Shown here piece by piece: positions 28,126 through 38,131 of a stretch of DNA of 64,000 bases. The stretch is from positions 2,656,001 through 2,720,000 of the forward strand of contig OY970218.1 in NCBI GenBank assembly GCA_963713975.1. Direction: 5' to 3'. The notes below the pieces were generated by a model. That model ran no database searches. It was not told where the DNA came from and saw only the letters and a list, made by a program, of their open reading frames with translations. This stretch comes from an uncultured Chloroflexia bacterium (lineage in GTDB: Bacteria; Chloroflexota; Limnocylindria; Limnocylindrales; CSP1-4). Both the position numbers and the translations under genes were made by a program. The number at the start of each line of letters is the position of its first letter. Position 1 is the first letter of the stretch.

Positions 28126-28286
28126 TGGGTCGCGTGTCCGGGCTCGACGGGGCGAAGGTCAGGCGCACAGGGGCACCGCCGGGACCATTTGGCCCGCGAC
28201 CAAGGGGACCATTGGCCCGCATAGGGAGTTTGCCCCATTGGCCCCTTCCGAGGCGGGAACGCCGGCCGGCCGGTACGCTCTCTGCG

Positions 28287-28898
28287 ATGGCCCCTCGACC
28301 TTCTGCCACCCGCCGCCTGGTGCTCGGGATCGCCGTGCTCGCGGCGATCACGCTGAGCCTCGTCGGCTGCACCGGGTCCGACGCGCCGATCCTGAGCTTC
28401 GACCCGGGGAGTCCCTGCACCACCAACGGCCAGCAGCCGGGAGCCTACCCGGAGCTCGAGGCCATGCTCCCGGATGCCTACGACGGTGAGGCGCCGTCCA
28501 ACGTGGATTCGGGCCGTACCTGCACGGCTGACGCGCTCGGCCCCCTCTCGGCGGCCGGCGTCGAGAACCTCCGGTTCGCCGGGGCCACCTGGAGGCTGGG
28601 CGGCACCTCGGGCGTGACGATGGCCGTGTTCGAAGCCGACGGTCTGGACCCGACCCTGATGCGCGAGTTCTACGCGACCGGTGCCGACGCAGCCCGGCGG
28701 ACCGAGAAGTCCGCCCTGTCGGACACGACGGTCGGTGGCGTGCCGGGCAAGCGGCTGGACGTCCTGGGCTCGGACGGCCTCGGCCAGACGGTGGTCGCAT
28801 GGCCGGCGGCCACGGATGGCCGCGTGTTCGTGCTGCTGGCCGCGGACCTGGGCGATGCCAAGGTGGCCGACATCCTCGAGACGTTCGGGTCGCGCTGA
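28287..28898 (+). CDS. Putative lipoprotein
   Basis: Basic N-terminus, hydrophobic stretch, lipobox LVGC. Confidence 0.75.
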   Translation: MAPRPSATRRLVLGIAVLAAITLSLVGCTGSDAPILSFDPGSPCTTNGQQPGAYPELEAMLPDAYDGEAPSNVDSGRTCTADALGPLSAAGVENLRFAGATWRLGGTSGVTMAVFEADGLDPTLMREFYATGADAARRTEKSALSDTTVGGVPGKRLDVLGSDGLGQTVVAWPAATDGRVFVLLAADLGDAKVADILETFGSR

Positions 28899-28929
28899 CG
28901 GCTCGGGCCGGTGCTAGAGTCGCCGGACC

Positions 28930-30729
28930 ATGACCGACCGTCCCGACGCATGGGGCCCGCGCCGCCGGGCCTGGCGCATCGAGCGTCTCGCGCCCTCGCT
29001 GGACCGGCTTCCCGAGCGCCGCGAGCGGTTCGCCACCCTCGGCGATCTGCCCGTCGAGCGGCTGTACGGTCCCTGGGATCCTGACCGCGACCCGCAGGAT
29101 CTGGCGGGCGCCGATCCGTACGCTCATCCCGGGCCCGGCGGTCCGACCGCCATCGATCACCACGGCGACCCCCTGCGCGACGGACCGGGCCCGTATGCGG
29201 ACGTGGACCCGCCGCGTGACCTGGGGCTCCCTGGTGAGCCGCCCTACACCCGCGGAATCCACCCGACGGGCTATCGATCGCGGCCGTGGACCATGCGCAT
29301 GTTCGCGGGGTTCGGCAGCGCCGAGGACACCAACGCCCGGTTCCGCCAGCTGCTCGAAGCCGGCCAGACCGGCCTCTCGATCGCCTACGACATGCCCACG
29401 CTCTACGGCTACGACACGGACCACCCGGAGGCAGAGGGGGAGTTCGGGACCTGCGGCGTCGCCGTGAGCAGCCTCGCCGACATGGAGGTCCTGCTGGCGG
29501 GCCTGCCACTGGATCGCGTCAGCACCTCGATGACGATCAACGCCCCGGCCGCGCCGATCTGGGCGATGTACATCGTCGCCGCGGAGAAGGTGGGCGTTCC
29601 GCGGGACAGGCTCGAGGGCACGATCCAGAACGACATCCTCAAGGAGTACGTCGCCCAGAAGGAGTACCTGTACCCGCCCGAGCCGTCGATGCGCCTGGTG
29701 GTTGACACGATCGAGTTCGGGACGCGCGAGCTGCCCCGCTGGAACACCGTCTCGGTCAGCGGCTATCACATTCGCGAGGCCGGCTCCACGGCCGTCCAGG
29801 AGCTGGCGTTCACGATCGCGGACGGGATGGCTTACGTCGAGGCGGCCATCGAGCGCGGCCTGCGGGTGGACGACTTCGCCCCGCGGCTGTCGTTCTTCTT
29901 CAACAGTCACAGCGACTTCTTCGAGGAGATCGCCAAGTTCCGGGCCTCGCGCCGGATCTGGTGGAAGCTGATGAGCGCTCGCTACCGGGCCGAGAACGAG
30001 CGGTCCACCTGGATGCGCTTCCACACCCAGACCGCGGGCGTCTCGCTCACCCCGCAGCAGCCGCTCAACAACCTGACCCGCGTGGCGACACAGGCGCTGG
30101 CGGCAATCCTGGGCGGGACGCAGTCGCTGCACACGGACGCCTACGACGAGGCGCTCGCCGTGCCCACGGCCGAGGCCGCGCTCCTGGCCCTGCGCCAGCA
30201 GCAGGTCCTGTTCGAGGAGACGGGTGTCGCGTCCACGGTCGACCCGCTGGGCGGATCGTGGTTCGTGGAGGCGCTCACCAATCGTGTCGAGCGCGAGGTC
30301 TGGCGCTATCTGGACGAGATTGACCGCCGGGGCGGCATGGTCAAGGCCATCGCCGAGGGCTATCCGCAGCGCGAGATCGCGGACAGCGCCTATCGCTTCC
30401 AGCGCGAGTTCGACGCCGGTGAGCGGGCCATCGTGGGCCTCAACCGATACGTCAACGCCGAGCCCATCCGCATTCCCGTGCTGCAAGTGCCCGAGGGCTC
30501 GCAAGAGCGACACCTTGCCCGCCTGGAGCGGACGCGGGCCGGGCGTGACGGGACATCCGTGGAGGCGGCCCTGGCCGGCCTGCGTGACGCTGCTTCACGC
30601 CCCGGTACCAGCGAGACGAACCTGATGCCGCATTTCATCCGGTGCGCGGAGCGCTACGCGACCCTCGGCGAGCAGTGCCAGGTGCTGCGGGAGGTCTTCG
30701 GCGAGTACCGCGAGCCCGTTTCCGTCTAG
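28930..30729 (+). CDS. icmA: B12-dependent acyl-CoA mutase large subunit (isobutyryl-CoA mutase type)
   Basis: PYTRG, RMFAGFG (Phe at the MCM Tyr89 position), [15 protein letters not shown] (Gln at the Arg207 position); no B12 domain. Confidence 0.85.
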   Translation: MTDRPDAWGPRRRAWRIERLAPSLDRLPERRERFATLGDLPVERLYGPWDPDRDPQDLAGADPYAHPGPGGPTAIDHHGDPLRDGPGPYADVDPPRDLGLPGEPPYTRGIHPTGYRSRPWTMRMFAGFGSAEDTNARFRQLLEAGQTGLSIAYDMPTLYGYDTDHPEAEGEFGTCGVAVSSLADMEVLLAGLPLDRVSTSMTINAPAAPIWAMYIVAAEKVGVPRDRLEGTIQNDILKEYVAQKEYLYPPEPSMRLVVDTIEFGTRELPRWNTVSVSGYHIREAGSTAVQELAFTIADGMAYVEAAIERGLRVDDFAPRLSFFFNSHSDFFEEIAKFRASRRIWWKLMSARYRAENERSTWMRFHTQTAGVSLTPQQPLNNLTRVATQALAAILGGTQSLHTDAYDEALAVPTAEAALLALRQQQVLFEETGVASTVDPLGGSWFVEALTNRVEREVWRYLDEIDRRGGMVKAIAEGYPQREIADSAYRFQREFDAGERAIVGLNRYVNAEPIRIPVLQVPEGSQERHLARLERTRAGRDGTSVEAALAGLRDAASRPGTSETNLMPHFIRCAERYATLGEQCQVLREVFGEYREPVSV

Positions 30730-30802
30730 CCGGGCAGACGCGATCGAGCTGGGATTCGGTGGCTCCGAACCTGGGCCGCCGGACGTGGGTTCGACTAGGG
30801 TC

Positions 30803-31504
30803 TCAGGCCGGGCGGTGGCGGGCGGCCAGGGCGACGGCCTCGCCGAGGCTGTGCGCCACCCCGTCGGCCTCGACGGTGTCCGCGAGGCCCGGAACGGCGG
30901 AGATCTGCCCGCCCACGATCACGCTGATCTCCCGCTCGCCTGCCGCCTCGCGCACGGCCCCGACGGCCTCCGCGAGGGCGCCGACCCGCTGCTCATCCAG
31001 CGCCGTCAGGGCGACCAGGGCGACGTCGTTGCGGCTCACGAACCTGCCGAGATCGGCGGCAGGCACGTCGGCACCGAGGTTCGCGACGGTCCACCCGTCC
31101 TCGGCCAGAAGGTGCTCCAGGCAGACGAGCCCGATCATGTGCTGCTCACCCGCCACGGCGGCCAGTACCGCAACGGGCCCGATCCGACCTTCCGGCCCCA
31201 TCTCGGGTCGGAGCCGGTCGAGCGTGCGCAGCAACGTGCGCGATGCGAGGTGCTCCTCGGCCACGGACCACTGGCCGGTGCTCCATCGCTCGCCGACCAG
31301 GGCCATCGCGTCGCGCAGCAGGCCGTCGTAGACCTCCGCCCGCGATGACTCTGCCAGGGCGTGGCGCAGGGTCCAGGCGGCCAGCTCGTCGTCGCCGTCG
31401 CCCAGGAGGCCGGCCAGCAGCTCCGGGGACAGGGACGTGCCGGTATCGGCATCGGCCGTCACCGGATCGACGGGCGGGAGGTTGAACGGGACGTGGTCGC
31501 TCAC
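30803..31504 (-). CDS. Stand-alone cobalamin-binding domain protein (CarH/AerR-like)
   Basis: W-x9-EH (WSTGQWSVAEEH) and ExHxxG (EQHMIG); no DNA-binding domain. Confidence 0.85.
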   Translation of the reverse strand: MSDHVPFNLPPVDPVTADADTGTSLSPELLAGLLGDGDDELAAWTLRHALAESSRAEVYDGLLRDAMALVGERWSTGQWSVAEEHLASRTLLRTLDRLRPEMGPEGRIGPVAVLAAVAGEQHMIGLVCLEHLLAEDGWTVANLGADVPAADLGRFVSRNDVALVALTALDEQRVGALAEAVGAVREAAGEREISVIVGGQISAVPGLADTVEADGVAHSLGEAVALAARHRPA

Positions 31505-31552
31505 GGGCGGACTCTAGCATCGCGGACGGCGCGGCGGGTCTACGATGCCGTC

Positions 31553-32038
31553 ATGTATTCCGACGCCCTCTCCTTCCTCGAAGATGAACGCGATACCTTC
31601 CGTGCCTACGAGGCGCTGGACGAGCTCTCGGACGAGCAGTTGGACCTCCCCGTGGAGGCGGCCGGCGGCTGGTCTGGCCGTGACCTCATGGGCCACATCG
31701 TCCTATGGCAGGAGGCTGCCCTTGCCACGGCCAGGGAACTCGCGGTCGGCGAGCAGAGCGCCACGATGGATCGCCTGGAGGCCCAGTGGGCATCGGCGCC
31801 CGAGGCCGGCAACGCGATGAACGAGGAGGGCCTCGCGCGCTTCCGGGGGATGCCGATCTCCGACGTCCGGGCCCGGTTCCGCGAAGTCGCGGGCGAGCTG
31901 CGCGGCTATCTCACCGTGGTGCCCGAGACCCGCTGGATCAAGCACGGAACGCACCAGGAGTACTTCTTCGGCGAGACGACCGAGCACTACGAGGAGCACG
32001 CCAAGGAGCTCCAGGCGATCCTGGAGGCGGTCCGATGA
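31553..32038 (+). CDS. DinB/MDMPI-superfamily protein
   Basis: WSGRDLMGHI..W and HYEEH metal-binding motifs. Confidence 0.8.
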   Translation: MYSDALSFLEDERDTFRAYEALDELSDEQLDLPVEAAGGWSGRDLMGHIVLWQEAALATARELAVGEQSATMDRLEAQWASAPEAGNAMNEEGLARFRGMPISDVRARFREVAGELRGYLTVVPETRWIKHGTHQEYFFGETTEHYEEHAKELQAILEAVR

Positions 32039-32460
32039 ACGACCGGAACGGCAACGGAGCGTTCGACCCCGTCGAGGAGGATGGCCCGGACGATGACGCC
32101 CCCCTCGGAGCGGAAGAGGAGGCCGCGGCGACGGCCGAGGCGATGACCGAGGCCGATGAGACCCTCGACGAGCGGGTCGAGTCGGTGATGGAGGGCCTGG
32201 ACGGGATCGAGCGCCTGCGGGAGGGCGAGTCGGTGACCTACCTGCGAGGCGGGCGTGCGTTCGCCGTCCTGATGCCGGAGCTCCTGGAGGTCGCACTGGA
32301 TCCGGCCGTGGCCAAGGCGGCTCTCCGGACCCCGGACACGCGAGCGTCGGCCCGGGGCGCGGGCTGGATCGCGTTCACGCCGCGGGTGCTCGACCGGTTC
32401 GCGCTCGATCGTGCCGAGGCCTGGCTGCGGTCCGCCCGCCGACGGGTCGCGGGCGGCTGA
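32035..32460 (+). CDS. Hypothetical protein (YjbR/TfoX-like fold possible)
   Basis: ATGA coupling; acidic N-terminus; GRAFA...GWI...W pattern. Confidence 0.65.
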   Translation: MNDRNGNGAFDPVEEDGPDDDAPLGAEEEAAATAEAMTEADETLDERVESVMEGLDGIERLREGESVTYLRGGRAFAVLMPELLEVALDPAVAKAALRTPDTRASARGAGWIAFTPRVLDRFALDRAEAWLRSARRRVAGG

Positions 32461-32523
32461 GCCTCGGGCCGGGTCCTGTCGGCGGGTTGTGGGCCGGTGG
32501 ACCCGTCGCCGGCGCCGGACACG

Positions 32524-32553
32524 AAACGACCCCGGCAATCTGACCGGGGTCGT
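32524..32553 (-). terminator. Terminator after trxA
   Basis: ACGACCCCGG/CCGGGGTCGT 10-bp stem with a short T run on the minus strand. Confidence 0.65.
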
Positions 32554-32595
32554 GTCTCGGTTGTCGTGTCGTGCCCGCGCTCGGCGGGCGCACGG

Positions 32596-32943
32596 TCAGG
32601 CCTTGGGGGCCGCGGACGCGAGTGCCGCCAGGCCGAACGCCTGCTCCAGCTGGTCCAGCGGGCGGAAGCCCACCACGCCCTGCGGCTGCTCGCCGGGCTT
32701 GAAGTACGCAATGGTCGGGATGCTCATGATCCCGAACGCCTGCGAGAGGCGCGGGTTTGCATCGACATCCACCTTGACCACGTCCACGACGCCGTCGTAC
32801 TTGGCTGCCAGCTTCTCCATCTCGGGGGCGACCATCTTGCAGGGTCCGCACCAGGCAGCCCAGAAGTCGACCACGACGGGCTTGTCATTGTTGAGCACCA
32901 GCGCCTCGAACGTGTCGTCCGTCGCTGCCTTGATTTCCGCCAC
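32596..32943 (-). CDS. trxA: Thioredoxin
   Basis: VDFWAAWCGPC, SIPT; AGGAG RBS. Confidence 0.96.
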   Translation of the reverse strand: MAEIKAATDDTFEALVLNNDKPVVVDFWAAWCGPCKMVAPEMEKLAAKYDGVVDVVKVDVDANPRLSQAFGIMSIPTIAYFKPGEQPQGVVGFRPLDQLEQAFGLAALASAAPKA

Positions 32944-32993
32944 GGGGCGGCTCCTTTCTCCCGCCAGGCCGGCGGATCTGTGTCTCGACCCGG

Positions 32994-33290
32994 TCAGCGG
33001 GCAATAGCTTGAAGAACCCGGTACGCCTCCAGGACCTTGGGGTCCGCGAGGCGGTAGTAGACCGTGCTGCCGTCACGGCGTGCCGTGACGAGCCCGGCCG
33101 AGCGCAGCACCGCGAGATGCTGGCTCATGTTCGGCACCTGGCAGCTCACCCGTACGGCAAGGTCGCCCACGGAGGCCTCGCCGTCGGCGAGGGACTCGAG
33201 GACGCACAGGCGCTTGGGGTCACCGAGCGCGCGGGCCACGGCCGCGAAACGGCTGCGGTCCTCGTCGGTGCTGGCAACGGTGTCGATCAC
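32994..33290 (-). CDS. ArsR/SmtB family regulator
   Basis: ALGDPKRL, SQHLAVLR, RRDG..VYYRL. Confidence 0.92.
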   Translation of the reverse strand: MIDTVASTDEDRSRFAAVARALGDPKRLCVLESLADGEASVGDLAVRVSCQVPNMSQHLAVLRSAGLVTARRDGSTVYYRLADPKVLEAYRVLQAIAR

Positions 33291-33309
33291 CCGCGCAGTG
33301 TCTCACTGT

Positions 33310-33325
33310 TTGCGCAAGAACGCAA
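33310..33325. promoter_or_regulatory. Putative ArsR operator
   Basis: TTGCG-CAAGAA-CGCAA inverted repeat 20 bp upstream of arsR. Confidence 0.45.
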
Positions 33326-33412
33326 GTCCGTGGTTCGGGCATCTGAGGTCGCGGCCACCACACGGCGGCTGAGCTCCCATATGACGGACCCGGGCGCGGC
33401 ATACTCGCGGGC

Positions 33413-34429
33413 ATGAACCACCAGCCCGTCACCCTGGCCGCGATCCGTGAGACCCGCACCATGCTTGGCACTCGGGTGCACCACACGCCGATGCTGTCGT
33501 CGGCCACGGCCGGGCGCGTTGCCGGGCACGCGACAGGGTCGCGGCTCGCGGACGGCCGCGTGTACCTGAAGGCGGAGCACCTCCAGAAGACCGGCTCGTT
33601 CAAGGCGCGGGCCGCCCTTGCTCGCATCTCATCGCTCACCGCAGGAGAGCGTCGCCGGGGCGCGATCACCATCTCGGCCGGCAACGCAGGGCAGGCGTAC
33701 GCATGGGCCGCGCGCGAGGCCGGCGTGCCCATGACGGTGGTGATGCCGGAGGCGGCGGTCGAATCGAAGGTGGCCGCGTGCCTCGAATACGGTGCCGACG
33801 TCGTGCTCCACGGCACGCATGTCGGGGAGTCGCTCGAGCGCCTCGAGGAGCTGCGCCTGGAGCGCGACCTTGTCCTCGTCCACCCGTACGACGATCCGGA
33901 GGTCCTCCTGGGCAATGGGTCGTGCGGCCTCGAGATCCTGGAGGACCTGCCGGACGTCGATGTGATCGTGGTCGCCGTGGGCGGGGGCGGGCTGATCGGC
34001 GGAGTGACCGTGGCCGTGAGCGAGAGCCGCCCCCGGACTCGCGTCTACGGCGTGGAGCCGGCGGGATCGGACGCGCTGCGGCAGGCGATGGCCGCCGGCG
34101 AGCCGGTGCGCATCCTGCCCGGGAGCGTGGCCGACGGCCTCAACGCCCCTTCGGCCGGCAGGCTGGCGCTGGACGTCGCCAACCGCTATCTCGAGGGCGT
34201 CGTGGTGATCGACGACGCCACGATCCTGGCCGGGCTCCGCTTCGCGGTCGAGCGACTGAAGCAGGTCGTGGAGCCTGCCGGTGCTGCGGGACTGGCGGCG
34301 ATCCTGACGGGAGCGATCCCCGTCCGGGACGGCGAGCGGGTCGTCGTGATTCTCTCCGGCGGCAACGTGGCCACGGACCGCCTGGGAGCCCTCCTGGCCG
34401 ACGCTCCGCGTCTCGCCACGCCGCGCTGA
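33413..34429 (+). CDS. PLP-dependent threonine/serine dehydratase
   Basis: KAEHLQKTGSFK, SAGN, VGGGGL, SVADGL, SGGN. Confidence 0.92.
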   Translation: MNHQPVTLAAIRETRTMLGTRVHHTPMLSSATAGRVAGHATGSRLADGRVYLKAEHLQKTGSFKARAALARISSLTAGERRRGAITISAGNAGQAYAWAAREAGVPMTVVMPEAAVESKVAACLEYGADVVLHGTHVGESLERLEELRLERDLVLVHPYDDPEVLLGNGSCGLEILEDLPDVDVIVVAVGGGGLIGGVTVAVSESRPRTRVYGVEPAGSDALRQAMAAGEPVRILPGSVADGLNAPSAGRLALDVANRYLEGVVVIDDATILAGLRFAVERLKQVVEPAGAAGLAAILTGAIPVRDGERVVVILSGGNVATDRLGALLADAPRLATPR

Positions 34430-35616
34430 TGGGCCCGGCGGGGGAGTCGCCCGGATTGGGAGCCACCGGACCGGATGCGGGCTCCACCGGACCCACCCAA
34501 GGTCCCGGGACGCCGCCGAGCCCGGCGCTGCTCCCCCCGCCTCCGCCGGCAGCCGTCCCGATACCGCCCCCGCCGCCACCGAACCAGGGCCCCAGACCCC
34601 CCGACGTCGCACCCGTCAGCGATGCCGTGCTCGCGATCCCGCTCGGGACGCGGGAGCTGGTGCGACGAGCCCTGGACCTGCTCACGCGGCGGGACACGGG
34701 CCTCCGTGGCGCATCGTTCTACATCGGCTTCATCCTCCTGATCACGGTCACGCCGATGGTCGTCATCCTGGGCCTGGCCATGACGCTGCCCGACCTGTGG
34801 GTCGTCGAGCCGATGGCGGAGACGCAGGCGTGGTCTGGCTGGGTGCTCCTGGCCGCGATCCCGGCCGGCCTCGGCTACATCGCCGCCTCCACGGAGGCCC
34901 GTGCCCTTGCTACGGCAGTGATCGGCGCCCGAGCCGAGGGGCGGCCGCTCGTCCTGCGCCAGTCGATTGCCGTGGCGCGCCGCCGGTTCTGGCCGATCCT
35001 GGGGGCACAGGTGCTGATCGGGATCATCGCCGGCATCGCCAGCCTGATCGGGCAGATCGTGGTCCTCCTGGCTTGGGGGCCCGTGGATGCGCTGACGTTC
35101 GGCGCGTCGCTGCTGATCTCGGTGATCCTGGGCGCGCCGTTCGTCTACGTGCCCGCGGGCATCGTGCTGGGCGAGGTCGGCGTGGGGGAGGCCATCGTCC
35201 GCTCGATCCGCCTCGTCCGCCTTCGGAAGCGGCTCGCGCTCGTGGTGACCCTGTTCGGCGTGCTGAGCCAGTTCCTGATCGTGTTCGGTCTGTCCACGGG
35301 CATCGATGCGGTGGCGCGGCTGCTGATCGGCACGGGCCTGACCGAGGACTTTCCGCGACCGCTGGTGGTCCCGATCGCAGCGGCGCTCGTGTTCGCCATG
35401 GGCACCCTGATCTTCCTCGTGGAGGCGATCGCCGCGGCACCTGCCGTCCATGCGTTCGAGGCCCTCACGCACTACACGCATGGGCTGGAGGTCGGCCGCC
35501 GTGAGCCGCTCACCGGCCGGCGCTCCTGGGATCCGTGGCTGACCCCGGGTCTCGCGATCTGCTCCCTGCTGGGACTGGTCGCGCTCATCGGTGGCGTGCT
35601 GGCGTTCCCAGGGTAG
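34429..35616 (+). CDS. Polytopic membrane protein with Pro-rich N-terminus
   Basis: About 7 hydrophobic segments; TGATG coupling. Confidence 0.75.
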   Translation: MGPAGESPGLGATGPDAGSTGPTQGPGTPPSPALLPPPPPAAVPIPPPPPPNQGPRPPDVAPVSDAVLAIPLGTRELVRRALDLLTRRDTGLRGASFYIGFILLITVTPMVVILGLAMTLPDLWVVEPMAETQAWSGWVLLAAIPAGLGYIAASTEARALATAVIGARAEGRPLVLRQSIAVARRRFWPILGAQVLIGIIAGIASLIGQIVVLLAWGPVDALTFGASLLISVILGAPFVYVPAGIVLGEVGVGEAIVRSIRLVRLRKRLALVVTLFGVLSQFLIVFGLSTGIDAVARLLIGTGLTEDFPRPLVVPIAAALVFAMGTLIFLVEAIAAAPAVHAFEALTHYTHGLEVGRREPLTGRRSWDPWLTPGLAICSLLGLVALIGGVLAFPG

Positions 35617-35664
35617 GGAAGCCGGCGGTGGGGACGCATCGAGTGAGGTGCCCTCGCCCCGCCG

Positions 35665-36081
35665 TCAGTCGATGCCCAGCTCCGCGAGGCGATCCTCGTC
35701 CTCGATGCCCAGGTGGTGGGCGAGCTCGTGGAGGATGGTGATCCGCACCTCGTCGGCGAGGTCCTCGGGATCCGGAAAGTCCTGTTCGAGGGGCAGACGG
35801 AACAGCAGGATCCGGGTGGGGACCGGCACCCAGTCGCCGCCCCACTCGTCGAGCGGCACTCCCTCGTACAGGCCATAGAGCGTCTCGTCCGGCCCCATCT
35901 CGTTCTCGCGTAGCTGCTCGGGGGACGGCTCGTCGGCGATGACCATGGCGATCTCATCGAGCGCGGCCCGGAACGGCTGCGGAATCCCGGCAACGGCCCG
36001 GTCCACCAGGCGGTCGAAGCGCTCGTGGCGCGCGCGGGGACGCGATGGGGAGGAGCGTGATCCGCGGCGGCGCTTCGGCAT
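35665..36081 (-). CDS. Zincin-like metallopeptidase (Zincin_1)
   Basis: LYGLYEGVP, ITILHELAHHLG. Confidence 0.9.
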   Translation of the reverse strand: MPKRRRGSRSSPSRPRARHERFDRLVDRAVAGIPQPFRAALDEIAMVIADEPSPEQLRENEMGPDETLYGLYEGVPLDEWGGDWVPVPTRILLFRLPLEQDFPDPEDLADEVRITILHELAHHLGIEDEDRLAELGID

Positions 36082-36102
36082 GGCGCCCGTATCCTAGCCG
36101 TC

Positions 36103-37149
36103 ATGACCCCCGATCCCGAGCCCGTGCCGCTGGAGCCGATCGCGCTGGACGCCTCGGCGGCGGCAGCGGCCGATCACGCGCTCGAACCGGAAGGCTTCCT
36201 CGTCGCAGCGGACGACGGGACCCGCATCCACTTTCACGACTGGGGAGGACCCTCGGGCTCCGTGACCGCGGCATCGGCCGGCCTTCCTGCCGTGGCCGCT
36301 CATGGCGTCCTGCTCGTGCCGGGGATGCTGCAGCCTGCCTGGTCGTGGGCACCCGTCGCGCGACGGCTGCCCCGGGTCCGCCGCACCATCGTGACGGATG
36401 TGCGAGGCCATGGACTCTCCGATGCGCCGCAGGACGGCTATGACCTCGAGACGCTGGCCGCGGACGTGGTCGCGGTCGCGGAGGGGTCCGGGGCGCTCGA
36501 CGGGGGAGCCGTCGTGCTGGCCGGTCACGGCTTCGGGGCGATGCTCGCCGCCTGCGCGGCCGTCCGGCTCGGGACGAGGTGCGCGGGTCTCGTGCTGGTC
36601 GACGGCGGCTGGGAGCGCGTCGAGGAGACCAGCGGCGTCGATGTCGAGGAGTTCCTGCGTGGCCTGGACGAACCACCGGAGGTGCTGCGATCCCTCGATG
36701 CGTTCCTCGCGGACCGGCGCGGCTTTGACCCGGGCACCTGGGATGCGGACCAGGAACGGGCGGCGAGGGACAGCGTGGTGGAGACGGCCGCGGGCCACGT
36801 GCTGCGGGCCGTGCGACCGCATGTCATCGACAGGATCACCCGGGCGATGTTCGACTACGAGCCCGCGTCCGTCCTGGCGGCCATCGACGCGCCCGTCACC
36901 GCGCTCGTGGCACTTGGCGCGGGGGACGCGGACGTTCGCCTGGGGGAGCTGCGCCGGGCCGCGGAGGCGCGCGTGACCGCTGGTCGTGGGCCCATTGGCG
37001 TGGCCGCCTTCACCCCGGAGGCTCACAACCTGATGCGCTATCGCCCGGCGGAGGTGGCGTCCGCGATCCTCGCCGTGGCCAGACCCGCGGCCGGACCCGC
37101 GGAGGCGCCCGTGGCCCGCGATCCGCGCGCTACCATCGCGGGACCATGA
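36103..37149 (+). CDS. Alpha/beta hydrolase-fold protein lacking the Ser nucleophile
   Basis: DVRGHGLSD, GHGFG in place of GxSxG, C-terminal AHN. Confidence 0.82.
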   Translation: MTPDPEPVPLEPIALDASAAAAADHALEPEGFLVAADDGTRIHFHDWGGPSGSVTAASAGLPAVAAHGVLLVPGMLQPAWSWAPVARRLPRVRRTIVTDVRGHGLSDAPQDGYDLETLAADVVAVAEGSGALDGGAVVLAGHGFGAMLAACAAVRLGTRCAGLVLVDGGWERVEETSGVDVEEFLRGLDEPPEVLRSLDAFLADRRGFDPGTWDADQERAARDSVVETAAGHVLRAVRPHVIDRITRAMFDYEPASVLAAIDAPVTALVALGAGDADVRLGELRRAAEARVTAGRGPIGVAAFTPEAHNLMRYRPAEVASAILAVARPAAGPAEAPVARDPRATIAGP

Positions 37150-37853
37150 CCGATCGCCCCGAGCCCCGAGAGCTTCCCGAGAGCGTCCGCCGCATCGTCG
37201 ATGAGATCGAGCACGACATGGGCGATGACGATGGGCTGCACGGGCTCGACGACCCCGTTGGCGACGCCGCACCGATCCCGGGCGAGAACGGTGGCATCGA
37301 GGCGGCCGTTCGGCGGATCCTGCTGGAGATCGGCGAGGATCCCGATCGCGAGGGCCTGCGTGCCACGCCGGACCGGATGCACCGCATGTACCACGAGCTG
37401 ACCGCCGGCTACCACGTGGACCCGGATCGCCTGATCAACCATGCCATCTTCGAGGTGGGCTACTCGGAGATGGTGGTGGTCAAGGACATCTCGTTCTACT
37501 CACTGTGCGAGCACCACCTCCTCCCGTTCTTCGGTTCTGCGCACGTGGCCTATGTGCCCGACGGCCGGGTCATCGGGCTGTCCAAGATCCCGCGCATCGT
37601 CGAGATGTATGCACGGCGCCTGCAGGTCCAGGAGCGCATGACCCAGCAGGTCGGCGACTTCCTGATGGAGCGGCTGGCTCCCAAGGGCGTCGGCGTGGTC
37701 CTCGAGGCGACGCACCTGTGCGCGGCGATGCGGGGCGTTCGCAAGCCCGGCACCGTGATGACCACCGCTGCGGTCCTCGGCCTGTTCCGGCGCAACGACA
37801 AGACCCGGGCGGAGTTCTTCGCCCACATCTCCCGGCCGGCGCCGGGCGCCTAG
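37146..37853 (+). CDS. folE: GTP cyclohydrolase I
   Basis: CEHHLLPF, GLSKIPR, RRLQVQER, HLCAAMRG. Confidence 0.96.
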   Translation: MTDRPEPRELPESVRRIVDEIEHDMGDDDGLHGLDDPVGDAAPIPGENGGIEAAVRRILLEIGEDPDREGLRATPDRMHRMYHELTAGYHVDPDRLINHAIFEVGYSEMVVVKDISFYSLCEHHLLPFFGSAHVAYVPDGRVIGLSKIPRIVEMYARRLQVQERMTQQVGDFLMERLAPKGVGVVLEATHLCAAMRGVRKPGTVMTTAAVLGLFRRNDKTRAEFFAHISRPAPGA

Positions 37854-38131
37854 CGCGGCCGAGCGCCGCAGGGATTCGCGGGAGTCGTCCGGGCGTGCCC
37901 CTCAGCGGTTGAAGCGTCGGGCGACCTGCCGATCCACCCGCCCAGCGCTACGCCTGTCGGGTGCAGTGCCGTTTCCGCACCACGGATGTGCCGCCCGGCG
38001 GCGCAAACCGCGCTGCATCCGACCGTACAACCGCCCGGCGACTCACCGGCGCCGCGGCTCCCGCGCGGGCGTCGGGCGCCCCCTGGATCGGGTCGCAGAG
38101 CGCCCAGTTTCATCCCGCTACAATCAGCGCC

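Noticed and set aside
28348-30513. 721-aa minus-strand ORF
   Set aside because: Shadow of icmA caused by high GC3; no motifs
37866-37931. Cobalamin-riboswitch-like words (TGCCCC.CAGCGGT ... GACCTGCC) upstream of icmB
   Set aside because: The GGGAA and GGTG-AA-TCC core is missing, and icmB appears leaderless from its own TACAAT; a cmscan against RF00174 would settle it
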